Of a stretch of DNA of 64,000 bases, positions 37,228 through 46,478 are shown piece by piece. The position numbers and the translations under genes were made by a program. Below the pieces are notes generated by a model. That model was given only the letters and a program-made list of their open reading frames with translations. It did no database searches and was not told the DNA's origin. Position 1 is the stretch's first letter. Each line of letters begins with the position of its first letter. Source of the DNA: Escherichia phage vB_EcoM-Ro121c4YLVW; the sequence record NC_052654.1; one strand, written 5' to 3'.

Positions 37228-37551
37228 ATGAGATTTACAAGACAAGAGGTAGTTGTGCTGGACGAAGCAATGACAATGATCGTCTTTTACTACGAGGATA
37301 TCTTCTGTGCAGCATATCATTTAAATGACATTCAGATCGAATGGCAGCAGATAGCATTTTTGTTGGACAAGAGTACTCATTTGGATGGCTTTGAGTATTT
37401 GGAATGGGATGGTGCAAAGGAAGTTAAAATTGTAGGGTTAAATCACGATCAGATTGTTGACATGCAATGTAAGTTGTGTCATTATCAGTTCTCAAACAAA
37501 GTCAAACTCGAAAGGCAATTGGAGGTGGTTAAAGATGATAGCACTAATTAG
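37228..37551 (+). CDS. hypothetical early protein
   Basis: 107 aa ORF with SD AGGAGG; first rightward gene. Confidence 0.55.
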   Translation: MRFTRQEVVVLDEAMTMIVFYYEDIFCAAYHLNDIQIEWQQIAFLLDKSTHLDGFEYLEWDGAKEVKIVGLNHDQIVDMQCKLCHYQFSNKVKLERQLEVVKDDSTN

Positions 37552-37651
37552 TGAGAATCCAGTCCTGACAACAATTGTTCTGATTTTTGCCATGTGTGTG
37601 GTTCACGATGTTCTGGTAAGTTATTTTGACAACAAAGGAGGTAAGAAATGA
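37535..37651 (+). CDS. small membrane protein
   Basis: internal ATG of track ORF 37454..37651 preceded by GGAGG; hydrophobic 38 aa. Confidence 0.4.
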   Translation: MIALISENPVLTTIVLIFAMCVVHDVLVSYFDNKGGKK

Positions 37652-37842
37652 AAGACGTTATTCAAATGGTATTCCGTGTAACTCTAGATGGTATACACGT
37701 TGTTAAAGGCACACAGAACTACACAGAAGCGAAAGAACACTTCTTAGAGTGGATTGATACACTGAAGACACAAGATGTGTCCTACAGCCGTGTTACGCTT
37801 ACTGGCGACCATACCCCAATCATGGAGTACGTAAAGAAATGA
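37648..37842 (+). CDS. hypothetical early protein
   Basis: 64 aa ORF, ATGA overlap with neighbours. Confidence 0.5.
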   Translation: MKDVIQMVFRVTLDGIHVVKGTQNYTEAKEHFLEWIDTLKTQDVSYSRVTLTGDHTPIMEYVKK

Positions 37843-38078
37843 GCAACTATCCAATTACAGGCGTAACCTATTCTTGTGTAGCAAAAGGTGGTTTATATAC
37901 GGTAGTGGAATTTCCAAAACCTGCCGGAATATCTAAAGTGTTTGATCCTGTGGTTATCTATGAAGATCTTAGAACAGGTCAACGTTACTGGAGATTTGTG
38001 AATGACTTTTTAGATCGTATGGAGGTAGTAAGTGGCGAAAACACCGAAGAAGTTATCAAAGCCAAAGAACGTTACTAA
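37839..38078 (+). CDS. hypothetical early protein
   Basis: 79 aa ORF. Confidence 0.5.
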   Translation: MSNYPITGVTYSCVAKGGLYTVVEFPKPAGISKVFDPVVIYEDLRTGQRYWRFVNDFLDRMEVVSGENTEEVIKAKERY

Positions 38079-38385
38079 GAAACCGAAAAACGAGGTTCTC
38101 AAAGTAGCCAAATCAGTTCCTAAGAAAGATAAATTTGATACGGAGGCATTCGTCTTTGACACACCAATCGAGAAGATTGAAGAAGCGTTGCAACGTCTTG
38201 AGGAGCAGGAGGCAGATCCAATGGCTGAACCACTCACGGCAGACCAAATTTATTGGTGGGGAATATGGACTTTGCAACTACCAGAAGCAAAAAGAAGGGG
38301 AATGACTTCGGTTCCTACTTGTGCAAAAGAAGCGGCTGTGTTAGGTTTGTATGAGAAATCTAAAAAGAGGAGCAAAAAGAAATGA
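38032..38385 (+). CDS. hypothetical Lys-rich protein (possible nucleic acid binding)
   Basis: GTG start with SD GGAGG; Lys-rich N and C termini. Confidence 0.45.
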   Translation: MAKTPKKLSKPKNVTKKPKNEVLKVAKSVPKKDKFDTEAFVFDTPIEKIEEALQRLEEQEADPMAEPLTADQIYWWGIWTLQLPEAKRRGMTSVPTCAKEAAVLGLYEKSKKRSKKK

Positions 38386-38663
38386 TCAAGACTTTCCTGA
38401 AGTGTGTAAAAGCAACAGATAACGAGTGGTACTCTGGATTATTCACTGCTGGCAAGAAATACGAGATCCTCAACGGGACAGGCAAGAAGTTTTCTCTCGT
38501 TGTAAACGATGAAGGCACGAAGCAAATGGTATTTGCTGAAAGTTCTGTTTATGGTATTTTTGAAGTAGTGCAAGAAGGCTCTCCAATGATTCTGGAATAT
38601 CATGGCACTAATAAACCATATACTACTATGGATGTTATCAACAATAAGAGGAATGCAAAATGA
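38382..38663 (+). CDS. hypothetical early protein
   Basis: 93 aa ORF. Confidence 0.5.
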   Translation: MIKTFLKCVKATDNEWYSGLFTAGKKYEILNGTGKKFSLVVNDEGTKQMVFAESSVYGIFEVVQEGSPMILEYHGTNKPYTTMDVINNKRNAK

Positions 38664-38842
38664 TTTTACTTTATTCCGGTAAGGCGAAATACATGCAAGG
38701 TGTTAAACGTGTAGAGGTTACTAAGACAGTAACAATCGGAAAATCTTTTATAGTTTATTATTTCATTATTAATGGGAAGGAGTATGCTGTAGCAAAAACC
38801 TTGGTTGATAATGGTAAAACGTGGAAAGTGGAGGCACTATGA
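38660..38842 (+). CDS. hypothetical early protein
   Basis: 60 aa ORF. Confidence 0.45.
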   Translation: MILLYSGKAKYMQGVKRVEVTKTVTIGKSFIVYYFIINGKEYAVAKTLVDNGKTWKVEAL

Positions 38843-39045
38843 TCCCTGTAGCTGGGTGGGTGGTATTGGCAACACTTAATGGGAATGTTACTGTGGAGAC
38901 TAAAACCATCTTCAAAGCACCAGAAGATTGCTATAACTCCTTGGTAACTTGGCCTCGTGATGATGATGATAAGGCAGAGTATCAGTGTTTTTACATTGAG
39001 GGTAATCCTGTAGAATTTGAGGTTAAAGTGAAGGAGGAAAAATGA
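38839..39045 (+). CDS. hypothetical early protein
   Basis: internal ATG of track ORF 38821..39045 with SD GGAGG. Confidence 0.45.
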   Translation: MIPVAGWVVLATLNGNVTVETKTIFKAPEDCYNSLVTWPRDDDDKAEYQCFYIEGNPVEFEVKVKEEK

Positions 39046-39512
39046 GAATTAAAGTAACTAAAGCTTACGATGATAACCCGAAGTTTATCTCTTTGAATAA
39101 GAGTTATGGTGTCGAAAACGGCGATGAGTTCGAGGTTATCGATCTTTTTGAGGACCACGGTTATATTGTCAAAGCCCCAATCACAGAGCAGGCTATTATC
39201 ATCTTACGCACAGAGGCTGTTGAGGTAGGTTCTGATGAGCCTCAATATGACAGCCCATACATGACAGAGTGGATCGTAGCTGTGGATGTTGGAGGTATGG
39301 TTTCTGTACTGAAGGCTCCTAATCTCCATCCTAGTTTTACAGAGAACGGTAAGACAGCTTTGGATTATGGGTTGCCAGAAGATGTTGAGAATACACCGCC
39401 AGGTATGTACCGTTGGATTTGCTCTTTCCATGAAGAGAAGGATTGGGAATCAGGGCTTGTTGATGATTGGCATTTTGAAGTGGAAAGTTCTTTTTTAATC
39501 ATGCCAGCTTAA
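39042..39512 (+). CDS. hypothetical acidic protein
   Basis: 156 aa ORF, Asp/Glu-rich. Confidence 0.5.
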   Translation: MRIKVTKAYDDNPKFISLNKSYGVENGDEFEVIDLFEDHGYIVKAPITEQAIIILRTEAVEVGSDEPQYDSPYMTEWIVAVDVGGMVSVLKAPNLHPSFTENGKTALDYGLPEDVENTPPGMYRWICSFHEEKDWESGLVDDWHFEVESSFLIMPA

Positions 39513-39522
39513 AGGAGGTTAT

Positions 39523-39867
39523 ATGAAAGTTTGGATAGATGATATGCGGAACCCAGCCGACTATGGACAGGAGGATGCAATTTGGTTTAAAACGTCACAA
39601 GAAGCTATGGCCTTTCTCAACGATCCTGCTAAACTGTATCGAAGAGTAACCGAGTGGTCTTTTGACAATGATTTAGGTATGGAGTCAGACCAAGATGGGT
39701 ATGATGTTTTCCTGTACCTGGAAGAACTTCTGGCGTTTGGTAAACCTTGCTTTGGTTCACCCACCATTTTCGTGCATACTTCTAATCCCGCCGCTGGGGA
39801 TAAATTCATGCTTGCAAAAGAATCTATGCTGCGTTATGGTATTAAAATGATTCGTGTGCACTACTAA
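39523..39867 (+). CDS. hypothetical early protein
   Basis: 114 aa ORF with SD AGGAGG. Confidence 0.5.
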   Translation: MKVWIDDMRNPADYGQEDAIWFKTSQEAMAFLNDPAKLYRRVTEWSFDNDLGMESDQDGYDVFLYLEELLAFGKPCFGSPTIFVHTSNPAAGDKFMLAKESMLRYGIKMIRVHY

Positions 39868-40026
39868 GGAGAGAACATGCATCATTCGGTTTGGTCGGAA
39901 CAAGAAGAGGACGAAGGTTACTTTATCTACCGAGAAGAAGAGGATTGGCCCGACACAAGTAATGATCTTTTACTTCCAGACACTAGTTTTTTCGAGGATA
40001 ACTTAAGAGAGGAGGATTAGGAAACA

Positions 40027-40383
40027 ATGAGTGGTATTGAAAACAATATTTGTTACCAACCTCTTACCTGGATGGGTGAGGGTCATTATGCGCAACGTGT
40101 TATCGTCTGTGCTGCAAATAAGTATATTTTGAATAATGGTGAAGAGTTAATTATTCCTTGTGTTCGACATGCAAATCCTGTACTATATGCACAGTTAAAC
40201 GTGTTGAAAGAAGCAGGTGTAATCAACAAAACTTTGTGCACACCAGATAATCAAGGCTTTATCGATCAGTATTACAATTGGTGGAGTCGTGCGGATGCTT
40301 ACATCATCGCGGAAAATGCTGACCAGATCGACCATGAGCGTAATGGTCACGACCATGAATTATTTAGCGAGGGATTATACTAA
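40027..40383 (+). CDS. hypothetical early protein
   Basis: 118 aa ORF. Confidence 0.5.
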   Translation: MSGIENNICYQPLTWMGEGHYAQRVIVCAANKYILNNGEELIIPCVRHANPVLYAQLNVLKEAGVINKTLCTPDNQGFIDQYYNWWSRADAYIIAENADQIDHERNGHDHELFSEGLY

Positions 40384-40934
40384 TGTTTATTACAAGCGAT
40401 TTGCATTTTATGCATAAACGTATTCGAGAGTTTGCTCCTGAATATCGTCCGTGGGAAGATATGGACCACATGACAGAAGCCTTGATCGAAGCATGGAACA
40501 AATGTGCTACTACTCCTGGTGTTAAGATGTGGCATTTGGGCGACTTCTGTTTCGGAACTGAAGAAGATACCCGTAAAATTGCTTCTCGTCTCCAAGGAGA
40601 TATCACCTACTGTGTTGGGAACCATGACTACAGCAAACACCGAGAAGTGCTTGCAGAGTATGGTGAAGTGGTGTATTATGACGAAGTGAAATATCAGAAG
40701 CTGTTCTTCGTCTTAAGTCATTACCCTATGGCCTCCTGGAATAAACAAGGTCGTGGATCAATCATGCTACACGGGCATTCCCACGGATCTTTCCCTGATG
40801 AAGCTTATGGTAAAATGTTAGATGTGGGTTGGGATGCACACGGAAAAATCTTGCATTTTGATGAGATAATTTCTATGATGAGTAAACGAGATATCGTGAC
40901 TGTAGACCATCACAAAATAATCAAAGGAGAGTAA
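40383..40934 (+). CDS. calcineurin-like metallophosphoesterase (putative 2',3'-phosphatase of RNA repair cassette)
   Basis: motifs HLGDFCFG, VGNHD, LHGHSHG; adjacent to ligase and kinase. Confidence 0.7.
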   Translation: MFITSDLHFMHKRIREFAPEYRPWEDMDHMTEALIEAWNKCATTPGVKMWHLGDFCFGTEEDTRKIASRLQGDITYCVGNHDYSKHREVLAEYGEVVYYDEVKYQKLFFVLSHYPMASWNKQGRGSIMLHGHSHGSFPDEAYGKMLDVGWDAHGKILHFDEIISMMSKRDIVTVDHHKIIKGE

Positions 40935-40935
40935 T

Positions 40936-41868
40936 GTGACTAAATTTAATTGCGACGATTTGGTTGAAAAAGGTTTAGTTCATAAGAAAACATATAAAGA
41001 AGGAGAGTATTCTGGTCTATCTGTTCTTAAGTATAAGAACAAAGTTTTCTGGGATAACTTATGGAGCATTGATTCTCGTCTTCTAGAATGTCGCGGAATC
41101 GTTGTTGATGCTGATGACAATGTTGTTATTTGGCCTTTCACTAAGATTTTTAATCGTTTTGAGAATGGCACAGATCTACCATTGGATGAACTTGTAGATG
41201 TGGTTCGTAAAGTAAATGGTTTTATGGCCTCTGTAGGTGTATATAAAGGTCAACTTATTGTATCGACAACAGGAAGCCTTGAATCAGATTTTGCAAGTAT
41301 TGCAAAGAATCGTATTGTTTCAGAGTGTGATGACATAGAACATTTCATCAAATGGACAGAGAGTGCAAAAGCAACTTTCCTTTTTGAAATCTGTGATCCT
41401 TCTGATCCGCATATTGTCGAAGAAGAACCAGGTGCATACTTAATTGGTGCCAGAATTCAAAATCCTGATGGGACAAGTTTTATGTTACCTGAAGGTGCTC
41501 TTGATGGAATTGCTTCTGTCACCAAATTTAAGCGTCCTGAAGTTCATCCAATGGTTAAGTTTTCAGATGTTGTTGAAATGTCTAAACATTGTAAACACGA
41601 AGGGTTTGTAGTTCGTGAAACAAACTATCCGTTCAACTTACTTTTAAAAATTAAATCACCACACTATCTTACTAAGAAGTTTCTTATGCGCGGTGGAGAT
41701 AAAAAGTGGGATCTGATTTGGGATAATCCAAAAAATGCCAAACAAATGGTTGACGAAGAATATTACGCTTTGTTAGAATGGATTCGAAATAATTTTACGA
41801 AGACTCAATGGGCTGCTTTAAATCAGCAAGAGCGACGTGAAAAAATCGAAAACTTTTTTGGAGGATAA
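40936..41868 (+). CDS. ATP-dependent ligase, RNA-ligase-like
   Basis: motif I KVNGFM (no Arg), III FLFEICD, IV EGFVVR, V LKIKS; GTG start with SD. Confidence 0.6.
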   Translation: MTKFNCDDLVEKGLVHKKTYKEGEYSGLSVLKYKNKVFWDNLWSIDSRLLECRGIVVDADDNVVIWPFTKIFNRFENGTDLPLDELVDVVRKVNGFMASVGVYKGQLIVSTTGSLESDFASIAKNRIVSECDDIEHFIKWTESAKATFLFEICDPSDPHIVEEEPGAYLIGARIQNPDGTSFMLPEGALDGIASVTKFKRPEVHPMVKFSDVVEMSKHCKHEGFVVRETNYPFNLLLKIKSPHYLTKKFLMRGGDKKWDLIWDNPKNAKQMVDEEYYALLEWIRNNFTKTQWAALNQQERREKIENFFGG

Positions 41869-42273
41869 ATGAAACAACTTATCATTTTACGTGGCGTTTC
41901 AGGTGCTGGTAAATCTACAGTAGCAGAAATTATTTCTGAAGGTTATTGGCCTATCTGTGAGGCAGATCAATATCATTACACAGAGAGTGGTGTTTACGAT
42001 TGGAAGCCAGAAAATGTAGGTAAAGCACACGCATGGTGTCAGGGTATTGTTCGTGATGCTATGGCATCTAATCTTAACAAGATTATTGTTTCTAATACTT
42101 CAACCACAGAGAAAGAACTTAAACCTTATCTAGCTCTTGCTGAAGAGTTTGGTTATCAAGTTATCTCTTTAATTGTTGAAAATAGGCACGGTAATGATTC
42201 AATTCACGAGGTTCCACAATATATCCGTGATCAGCAAGAGAAACGTCTTCGTGGTTCACTTAAACTTCAATAA
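41869..42273 (+). CDS. P-loop kinase, putative polynucleotide 5'-kinase
   Basis: Walker A GVSGAGKST; small kinase directly after ligase. Confidence 0.55.
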   Translation: MKQLIILRGVSGAGKSTVAEIISEGYWPICEADQYHYTESGVYDWKPENVGKAHAWCQGIVRDAMASNLNKIIVSNTSTTEKELKPYLALAEEFGYQVISLIVENRHGNDSIHEVPQYIRDQQEKRLRGSLKLQ

Positions 42274-42282
42274 GGAGAAATA

Positions 42283-42609
42283 ATGCAGATTTATACAGAT
42301 GATCGTAAATATGAGACAATTTTAGATGAAGATACTGGACGAATTACCGTTCTCCGTCACGGTGAAGAGTGGCGTGATGAAACGGGAGACAATTATATCT
42401 TGTCTCTGATTCATCTTATTGAACAAATGCGTGATGATTACGCTGAACTGCATTATGAAAATGAGGCTAATAAAGTAAAATTTGAAAATGAATTAGAAGA
42501 GAAAGAATCCGAAATGGTATATCTAAAAGAAGAGATCTCCCGTTTGGAGGAAGAGATTGATGCTCTTCAAGAAGAGATTTACGAACTCAACAACGAACTG
42601 AACGCTTAA
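42283..42609 (+). CDS. hypothetical acidic coiled-coil protein
   Basis: 108 aa, Glu-rich C-terminal heptads. Confidence 0.5.
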   Translation: MQIYTDDRKYETILDEDTGRITVLRHGEEWRDETGDNYILSLIHLIEQMRDDYAELHYENEANKVKFENELEEKESEMVYLKEEISRLEEEIDALQEEIYELNNELNA

Positions 42610-42618
42610 GGAGGGATT

Positions 42619-42810
42619 ATGAAAAAAGATATCGTTGTTGTTGGTTGGCTGACTTGCCCTTGTGGTAGTAATGACATAACTGTAAACACAGAGGGTGATA
42701 AAAATTATTTATTCTACGGGGATAAAATCACTTGCAATACCTGCGGACGTGTTGGTATTATAGAAACCGATGATTGTTGTGCTTTTGAATCTTGGGATGA
42801 AGAAGAATGA
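42619..42810 (+). CDS. small zinc-ribbon protein
   Basis: 63 aa with CPCG...CNTCG cysteine pairs. Confidence 0.5.
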   Translation: MKKDIVVVGWLTCPCGSNDITVNTEGDKNYLFYGDKITCNTCGRVGIIETDDCCAFESWDEEE

Positions 42811-43028
42811 GTACTGCATTTTATGTTCGTAGCGGAGACGAGGATTTTCTAGCTACTTTTGATGACGGTGATCTTGAAGATATGTATGAAGATATGCTTG
42901 ACTATGCCAAAGGGCAAGGTTTCACAAGCATTGATTATATGTTGGCAACATCTACAACGTTACTCGACGCAGATTTGGATGAAGTGTGTAACAGATTGAA
43001 AATTTCAGTTTTTAAATGGGAGGACTAA
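42807..43028 (+). CDS. small highly acidic protein
   Basis: 73 aa Asp/Glu-rich. Confidence 0.45.
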   Translation: MSTAFYVRSGDEDFLATFDDGDLEDMYEDMLDYAKGQGFTSIDYMLATSTTLLDADLDEVCNRLKISVFKWED

Positions 43029-44143
43029 TGCAACAAACAAATCAAACGCTGTATGGTAAAGATTCAAAAGGAAAACTTAAACAGTGGACAGTATATACAG
43101 ATGGTGCAGTTGTTACTGTAGCTCATGGAAGAGTAGGTGGAAAGATCACAGAAAAATCTTATACAGCAGAAGCAAAAAACATTGGTCGTTCCAATGAAAC
43201 AACACCGGAAGAACAAGCTGAACTTGAAGCTTTTGCCAAATGGACAAAACAGTTAAAGAATGGCTATTATAAAACAAAAGAAGAAGCTGAAAACCATGTT
43301 CCTTCCACACCAATGAAATGCCAGGATTATAAAGATTATCCTGAAAGGGTTGTGTTCCCTGGTTATGCACAATACAAACTGAACGGGTTACGTTCTATGA
43401 TTAACATGAAAGGGGAGTGTTTATCAAAAGCTGGGGAAGTGTATAACCTGCCACCTCATTGGAAAGGTATTCCAAACTTTATTAGTGAAGTTGTTGGTCA
43501 TCCTCTTGATGGTGAAGTGTTTGCTGGGTTAGGTGTCCTTAGTCTGCAACAAATTAACAGTGCTTGGAAGAAGCATAATGCAAATACACCTTTGCTGAAT
43601 TATTACGTATACGATATTCCAGTTCCAGGTCTACCGTTTGAAAAACGTGTTGATGCTCTTGCTGCTCTTAAGGCAGTAGTTGAAGATTATGGTCTTGACG
43701 AGCTTATTTGTGTAGTTCATACAGAGTATATTGAAAACCAAGAGCAGTTTGACGCTTTCTATGAAAAAGCTTTACTTGAGAAAGCTGAAGGTGTAGTATA
43801 TCGTAATGCTCACGGAGTTTACGAATTTGATAAACGTTCTTATGACGTTATTAAACGTAAGCCTCGCCACACCCTTGAAGTTAAAGTAACAAATTCAAAA
43901 AGCGATAAAAATGGCGATGGAGTGTTGACAGGTGAGATGGAAAATGGTAAAGTAGTCGAATTCTTAATGCGTAAAGATGCTCATGAGACTATCAATTATC
44001 GTAAAGCAGAGAATGCTTCTACCTTGATTAATCAGTTCGTTGAAATAGAGTATGAAGAATTTTCAGATGAAGGTATTCCAACAAAACCTGTTGGTGTTCG
44101 TATTCGAGAAATGATCCTAGGCACTTGGGAACCAGCAGAGTAA
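43028..44143 (+). CDS. ATP-dependent DNA ligase
   Basis: motif I KLNGLR, IV EGVVYR, V DVIKRK; ATG at 43028 with SD GGGAGG. Confidence 0.7.
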   Translation: MQQTNQTLYGKDSKGKLKQWTVYTDGAVVTVAHGRVGGKITEKSYTAEAKNIGRSNETTPEEQAELEAFAKWTKQLKNGYYKTKEEAENHVPSTPMKCQDYKDYPERVVFPGYAQYKLNGLRSMINMKGECLSKAGEVYNLPPHWKGIPNFISEVVGHPLDGEVFAGLGVLSLQQINSAWKKHNANTPLLNYYVYDIPVPGLPFEKRVDALAALKAVVEDYGLDELICVVHTEYIENQEQFDAFYEKALLEKAEGVVYRNAHGVYEFDKRSYDVIKRKPRHTLEVKVTNSKSDKNGDGVLTGEMENGKVVEFLMRKDAHETINYRKAENASTLINQFVEIEYEEFSDEGIPTKPVGVRIREMILGTWEPAE

Positions 44144-44152
44144 GGAGGAAAA

Positions 44153-44347
44153 ATGTTCTTAGCCATTTTAATCGTTTTCAGTGTACTTTCTTTTTATTGT
44201 ATGAATGCTTCGGAAAACTTTCCTAAGAATTCAAAGAAAAGAACCGTATGTGTTGTGATTGATTCATGTATGTCTGGAGTTGGGTATGCGGTAGTTTCTT
44301 GTTTCTTAGCTTATCATTGTTCAAAATACCTGGAGGCATTTTTATGA
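44153..44347 (+). CDS. small membrane protein
   Basis: 64 aa with hydrophobic helices. Confidence 0.45.
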   Translation: MFLAILIVFSVLSFYCMNASENFPKNSKKRTVCVVIDSCMSGVGYAVVSCFLAYHCSKYLEAFL

Positions 44348-44526
44348 TAATTTTAGCAACAATTCTTATGATGCTGATAGCAATTGCTATTGTAATTCTG
44401 GCATCTTTTCCAGCGGATAAATGGTATTTCAATATTCCACGTATGCTTGTTTTCGGTTTCGCAGGAATTTACATGGGTGAGACTGTAGTAAATATTAGCA
44501 ACTTTCTAGAAAGCTATTTTAAATAA
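44344..44526 (+). CDS. small membrane protein
   Basis: internal ATG (ATGA overlap); hydrophobic MIILATILMMLIAIAIVILA. Confidence 0.45.
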   Translation: MIILATILMMLIAIAIVILASFPADKWYFNIPRMLVFGFAGIYMGETVVNISNFLESYFK

Positions 44527-44535
44527 GGAGTTATA

Positions 44536-45261
44536 ATGATCGAGAATTTTTTTAAAGATATTAAGTTCGATACTGAATTTTTCAAAAATGCAGCGAAGCA
44601 CGTGATTGATTGGAATGCTAAAGCACGAGGTGGTGAACAACCTGAATTCACTCAAGAGCTATTTATGTCCCAAATCGGATTCGTTCGTGAAGAGCTTAAA
44701 GAGTATGAAACAGCCGCGAAAGTAAACGATCATGTAGAACTCTTGGATGCAGCAGCGGATATTTTTGTAGTATCCAGTTATCTGACCTACATGTTCTTTG
44801 GTGAAGAACATACGATGAATTTCTTGGACTATGCTGTAGGCGATGTTTTTACTCCAACTGTGTATACTGATTTTGATGCTTTGGAACAAACATTTACAGA
44901 GCCAGTTCAAATGGCACTAATGGCTGCTGGTATTATGCGTATGTCTCGTGACACTCTAATCCGTTCAAAATATCCAGAAAAGAAAGTTATTAAAGAGGTA
45001 TTGAAAAGTAATGATTCCAAGTATCCAACTAAACAACAGTTGCTGAAAACTTGGAAAACTTCGGATATCGATTCAGCCATTGCACAAGAATGCGCTGCAA
45101 TTGAAGAACGAAATGCCAATCGTCCAGAAGGGGCATACACTGGTGTTCATGCTGTTTATAATGAAAAACAGAAAGTGTATGTGTTCTTTGATGATAAAGG
45201 TAAGATCATGAAACCATCGACCTTTGTCAAACCTAATATTGCAGGTATTATTAACAAGTAA
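44536..45261 (+). CDS. hypothetical protein (possible MazG-like NTP pyrophosphohydrolase)
   Basis: 241 aa; acidic helices EELKEYE...ELLDAAAD; weak assignment. Confidence 0.5.
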   Translation: MIENFFKDIKFDTEFFKNAAKHVIDWNAKARGGEQPEFTQELFMSQIGFVREELKEYETAAKVNDHVELLDAAADIFVVSSYLTYMFFGEEHTMNFLDYAVGDVFTPTVYTDFDALEQTFTEPVQMALMAAGIMRMSRDTLIRSKYPEKKVIKEVLKSNDSKYPTKQQLLKTWKTSDIDSAIAQECAAIEERNANRPEGAYTGVHAVYNEKQKVYVFFDDKGKIMKPSTFVKPNIAGIINK

Positions 45262-45264
45262 TGT

Positions 45265-45290
45265 TGTAAGCCGCCCTTTACGGGCGGTAA
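45265..45290 (+). other. GC-rich stem-loop after gene 44536..45261
   Basis: CCGCCC-TTTAC-GGGCGG, no U tract. Confidence 0.3.
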
Positions 45291-45317
45291 TGTGAGATGT
45301 ATTAAATAGGAGGAAAC

Positions 45318-46196
45318 ATGTTTGTAAAATCTTTTAAATCCGCTCTGCCTATGGTTGTTGGTGACAATGCTTCTGTAGCATCCCTTAACAGCATTACAGA
45401 TATTCCTCTGGAATTTGTAACAGCAGAAGGCTCCCAGTCACACACTATCGGTCTTGTTCGTTTCGAAGATGACTCTAAATTTGTAAAAGAGTTTTCAGAT
45501 CTTGAACTGCTTAATGTAGGTCAATCTGTGAAGAAGGTAGATAAAAAGAAAGTTAAACGTATTCTGAATGAACGTCTAGAAGAAATGCGTCAGGACATGG
45601 AGAGCGAAGGTAAAGAGTTTTATGTCGATAAAGAAGTAGTCAAAGCAATGAAGGAAGATATTGAATTTGCACTATTGCCTGAAACAGAACCTGAAGATTT
45701 CTTTAACTATGTTGTCTTGGATAAAACTACGAATCTTCTTTATGTTCTTAATGGAAGTAAAAAGGTTGCAGAAGAGATTACTTCTTTCCTCCGTTCCGTT
45801 CTGGGGACTTTCCCTTCGGTAGGTTTTAGTGTGCACGAAGAAGCTATTGTAAAAGGTTTTGGTGAATTGCTGGAGAATCACGAAGCAGATCGTATTACTC
45901 TCGGAAATTATATCAAAATGGAGGATAGCGAGGGCGTTGTTGTTTGGAGTAAAGAATCCCTATACGAGTCTAAAGCTGTCGAACTAAAAGAAGATGGTAA
46001 AGATGTTGTTGCAATCGGTCTTGAATATGACGGTGTTGTAGATTTCGTAGTGGATAAAGAGTTTAAACTTTCTAAACTACGTTTTCCGAAATATTTTGCA
46101 GACGAAGAAGGCAGTATTGAAGCTTCAGTCCTTCTGTGCTTCAATGAGATTCGAGGTCTGATGGAAGATTTAACCAAAGCAACAATCCTTAAATAA
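45318..46196 (+). CDS. RdgC-like recombination-associated protein (tentative)
   Basis: 292 aa; segment NLLYVLNGSKKVAEEITSFLRSVLGTFPSVGF resembles RdgC as recalled. Confidence 0.5.
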   Translation: MFVKSFKSALPMVVGDNASVASLNSITDIPLEFVTAEGSQSHTIGLVRFEDDSKFVKEFSDLELLNVGQSVKKVDKKKVKRILNERLEEMRQDMESEGKEFYVDKEVVKAMKEDIEFALLPETEPEDFFNYVVLDKTTNLLYVLNGSKKVAEEITSFLRSVLGTFPSVGFSVHEEAIVKGFGELLENHEADRITLGNYIKMEDSEGVVVWSKESLYESKAVELKEDGKDVVAIGLEYDGVVDFVVDKEFKLSKLRFPKYFADEEGSIEASVLLCFNEIRGLMEDLTKATILK

Positions 46197-46200
46197 GTTC

Positions 46201-46229
46201 TTGACTTGCGGGATTAGTTATGATATTAT
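46201..46229 (+). promoter_or_regulatory. sigma70-like promoter
   Basis: TTGACT, 17 nt, TATTAT; immediately precedes terminator hairpin. Confidence 0.45.
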
Positions 46230-46258
46230 GCCTACCTACTTAATGAGGTAGGCTTTTT
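46230..46258 (+). terminator. intrinsic terminator
   Basis: GCCTACCT-ACTTAATG-AGGTAGGC followed by TTTTT. Confidence 0.55.
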
Positions 46259-46268
46259 AGGAGGCGTT

Positions 46269-46478
46269 ATGAAAAAGATTCTGACAGTCGTTCTTTTAGC
46301 TTTTAGTTTCACAGTAGCAGCAGGTCAAATTACTTTAATCTTGTCTGATTCTGAAGTTAATGGCAATACAAAATATTGCTACTATTCTAACGCTAACCAA
46401 GATGAAGTTATAGCAATCCCGAAAAGTCGTCAATGTCCGTATACTAAAACATTCTCAACAGAGGATGACGATGAATAA
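46269..46478 (+). CDS. small secreted/lipoprotein-like protein
   Basis: 69 aa with signal peptide MKKILTVVLLAFSFTVAAG; SD AGGAGG. Confidence 0.55.
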   Translation: MKKILTVVLLAFSFTVAAGQITLILSDSEVNGNTKYCYYSNANQDEVIAIPKSRQCPYTKTFSTEDDDE

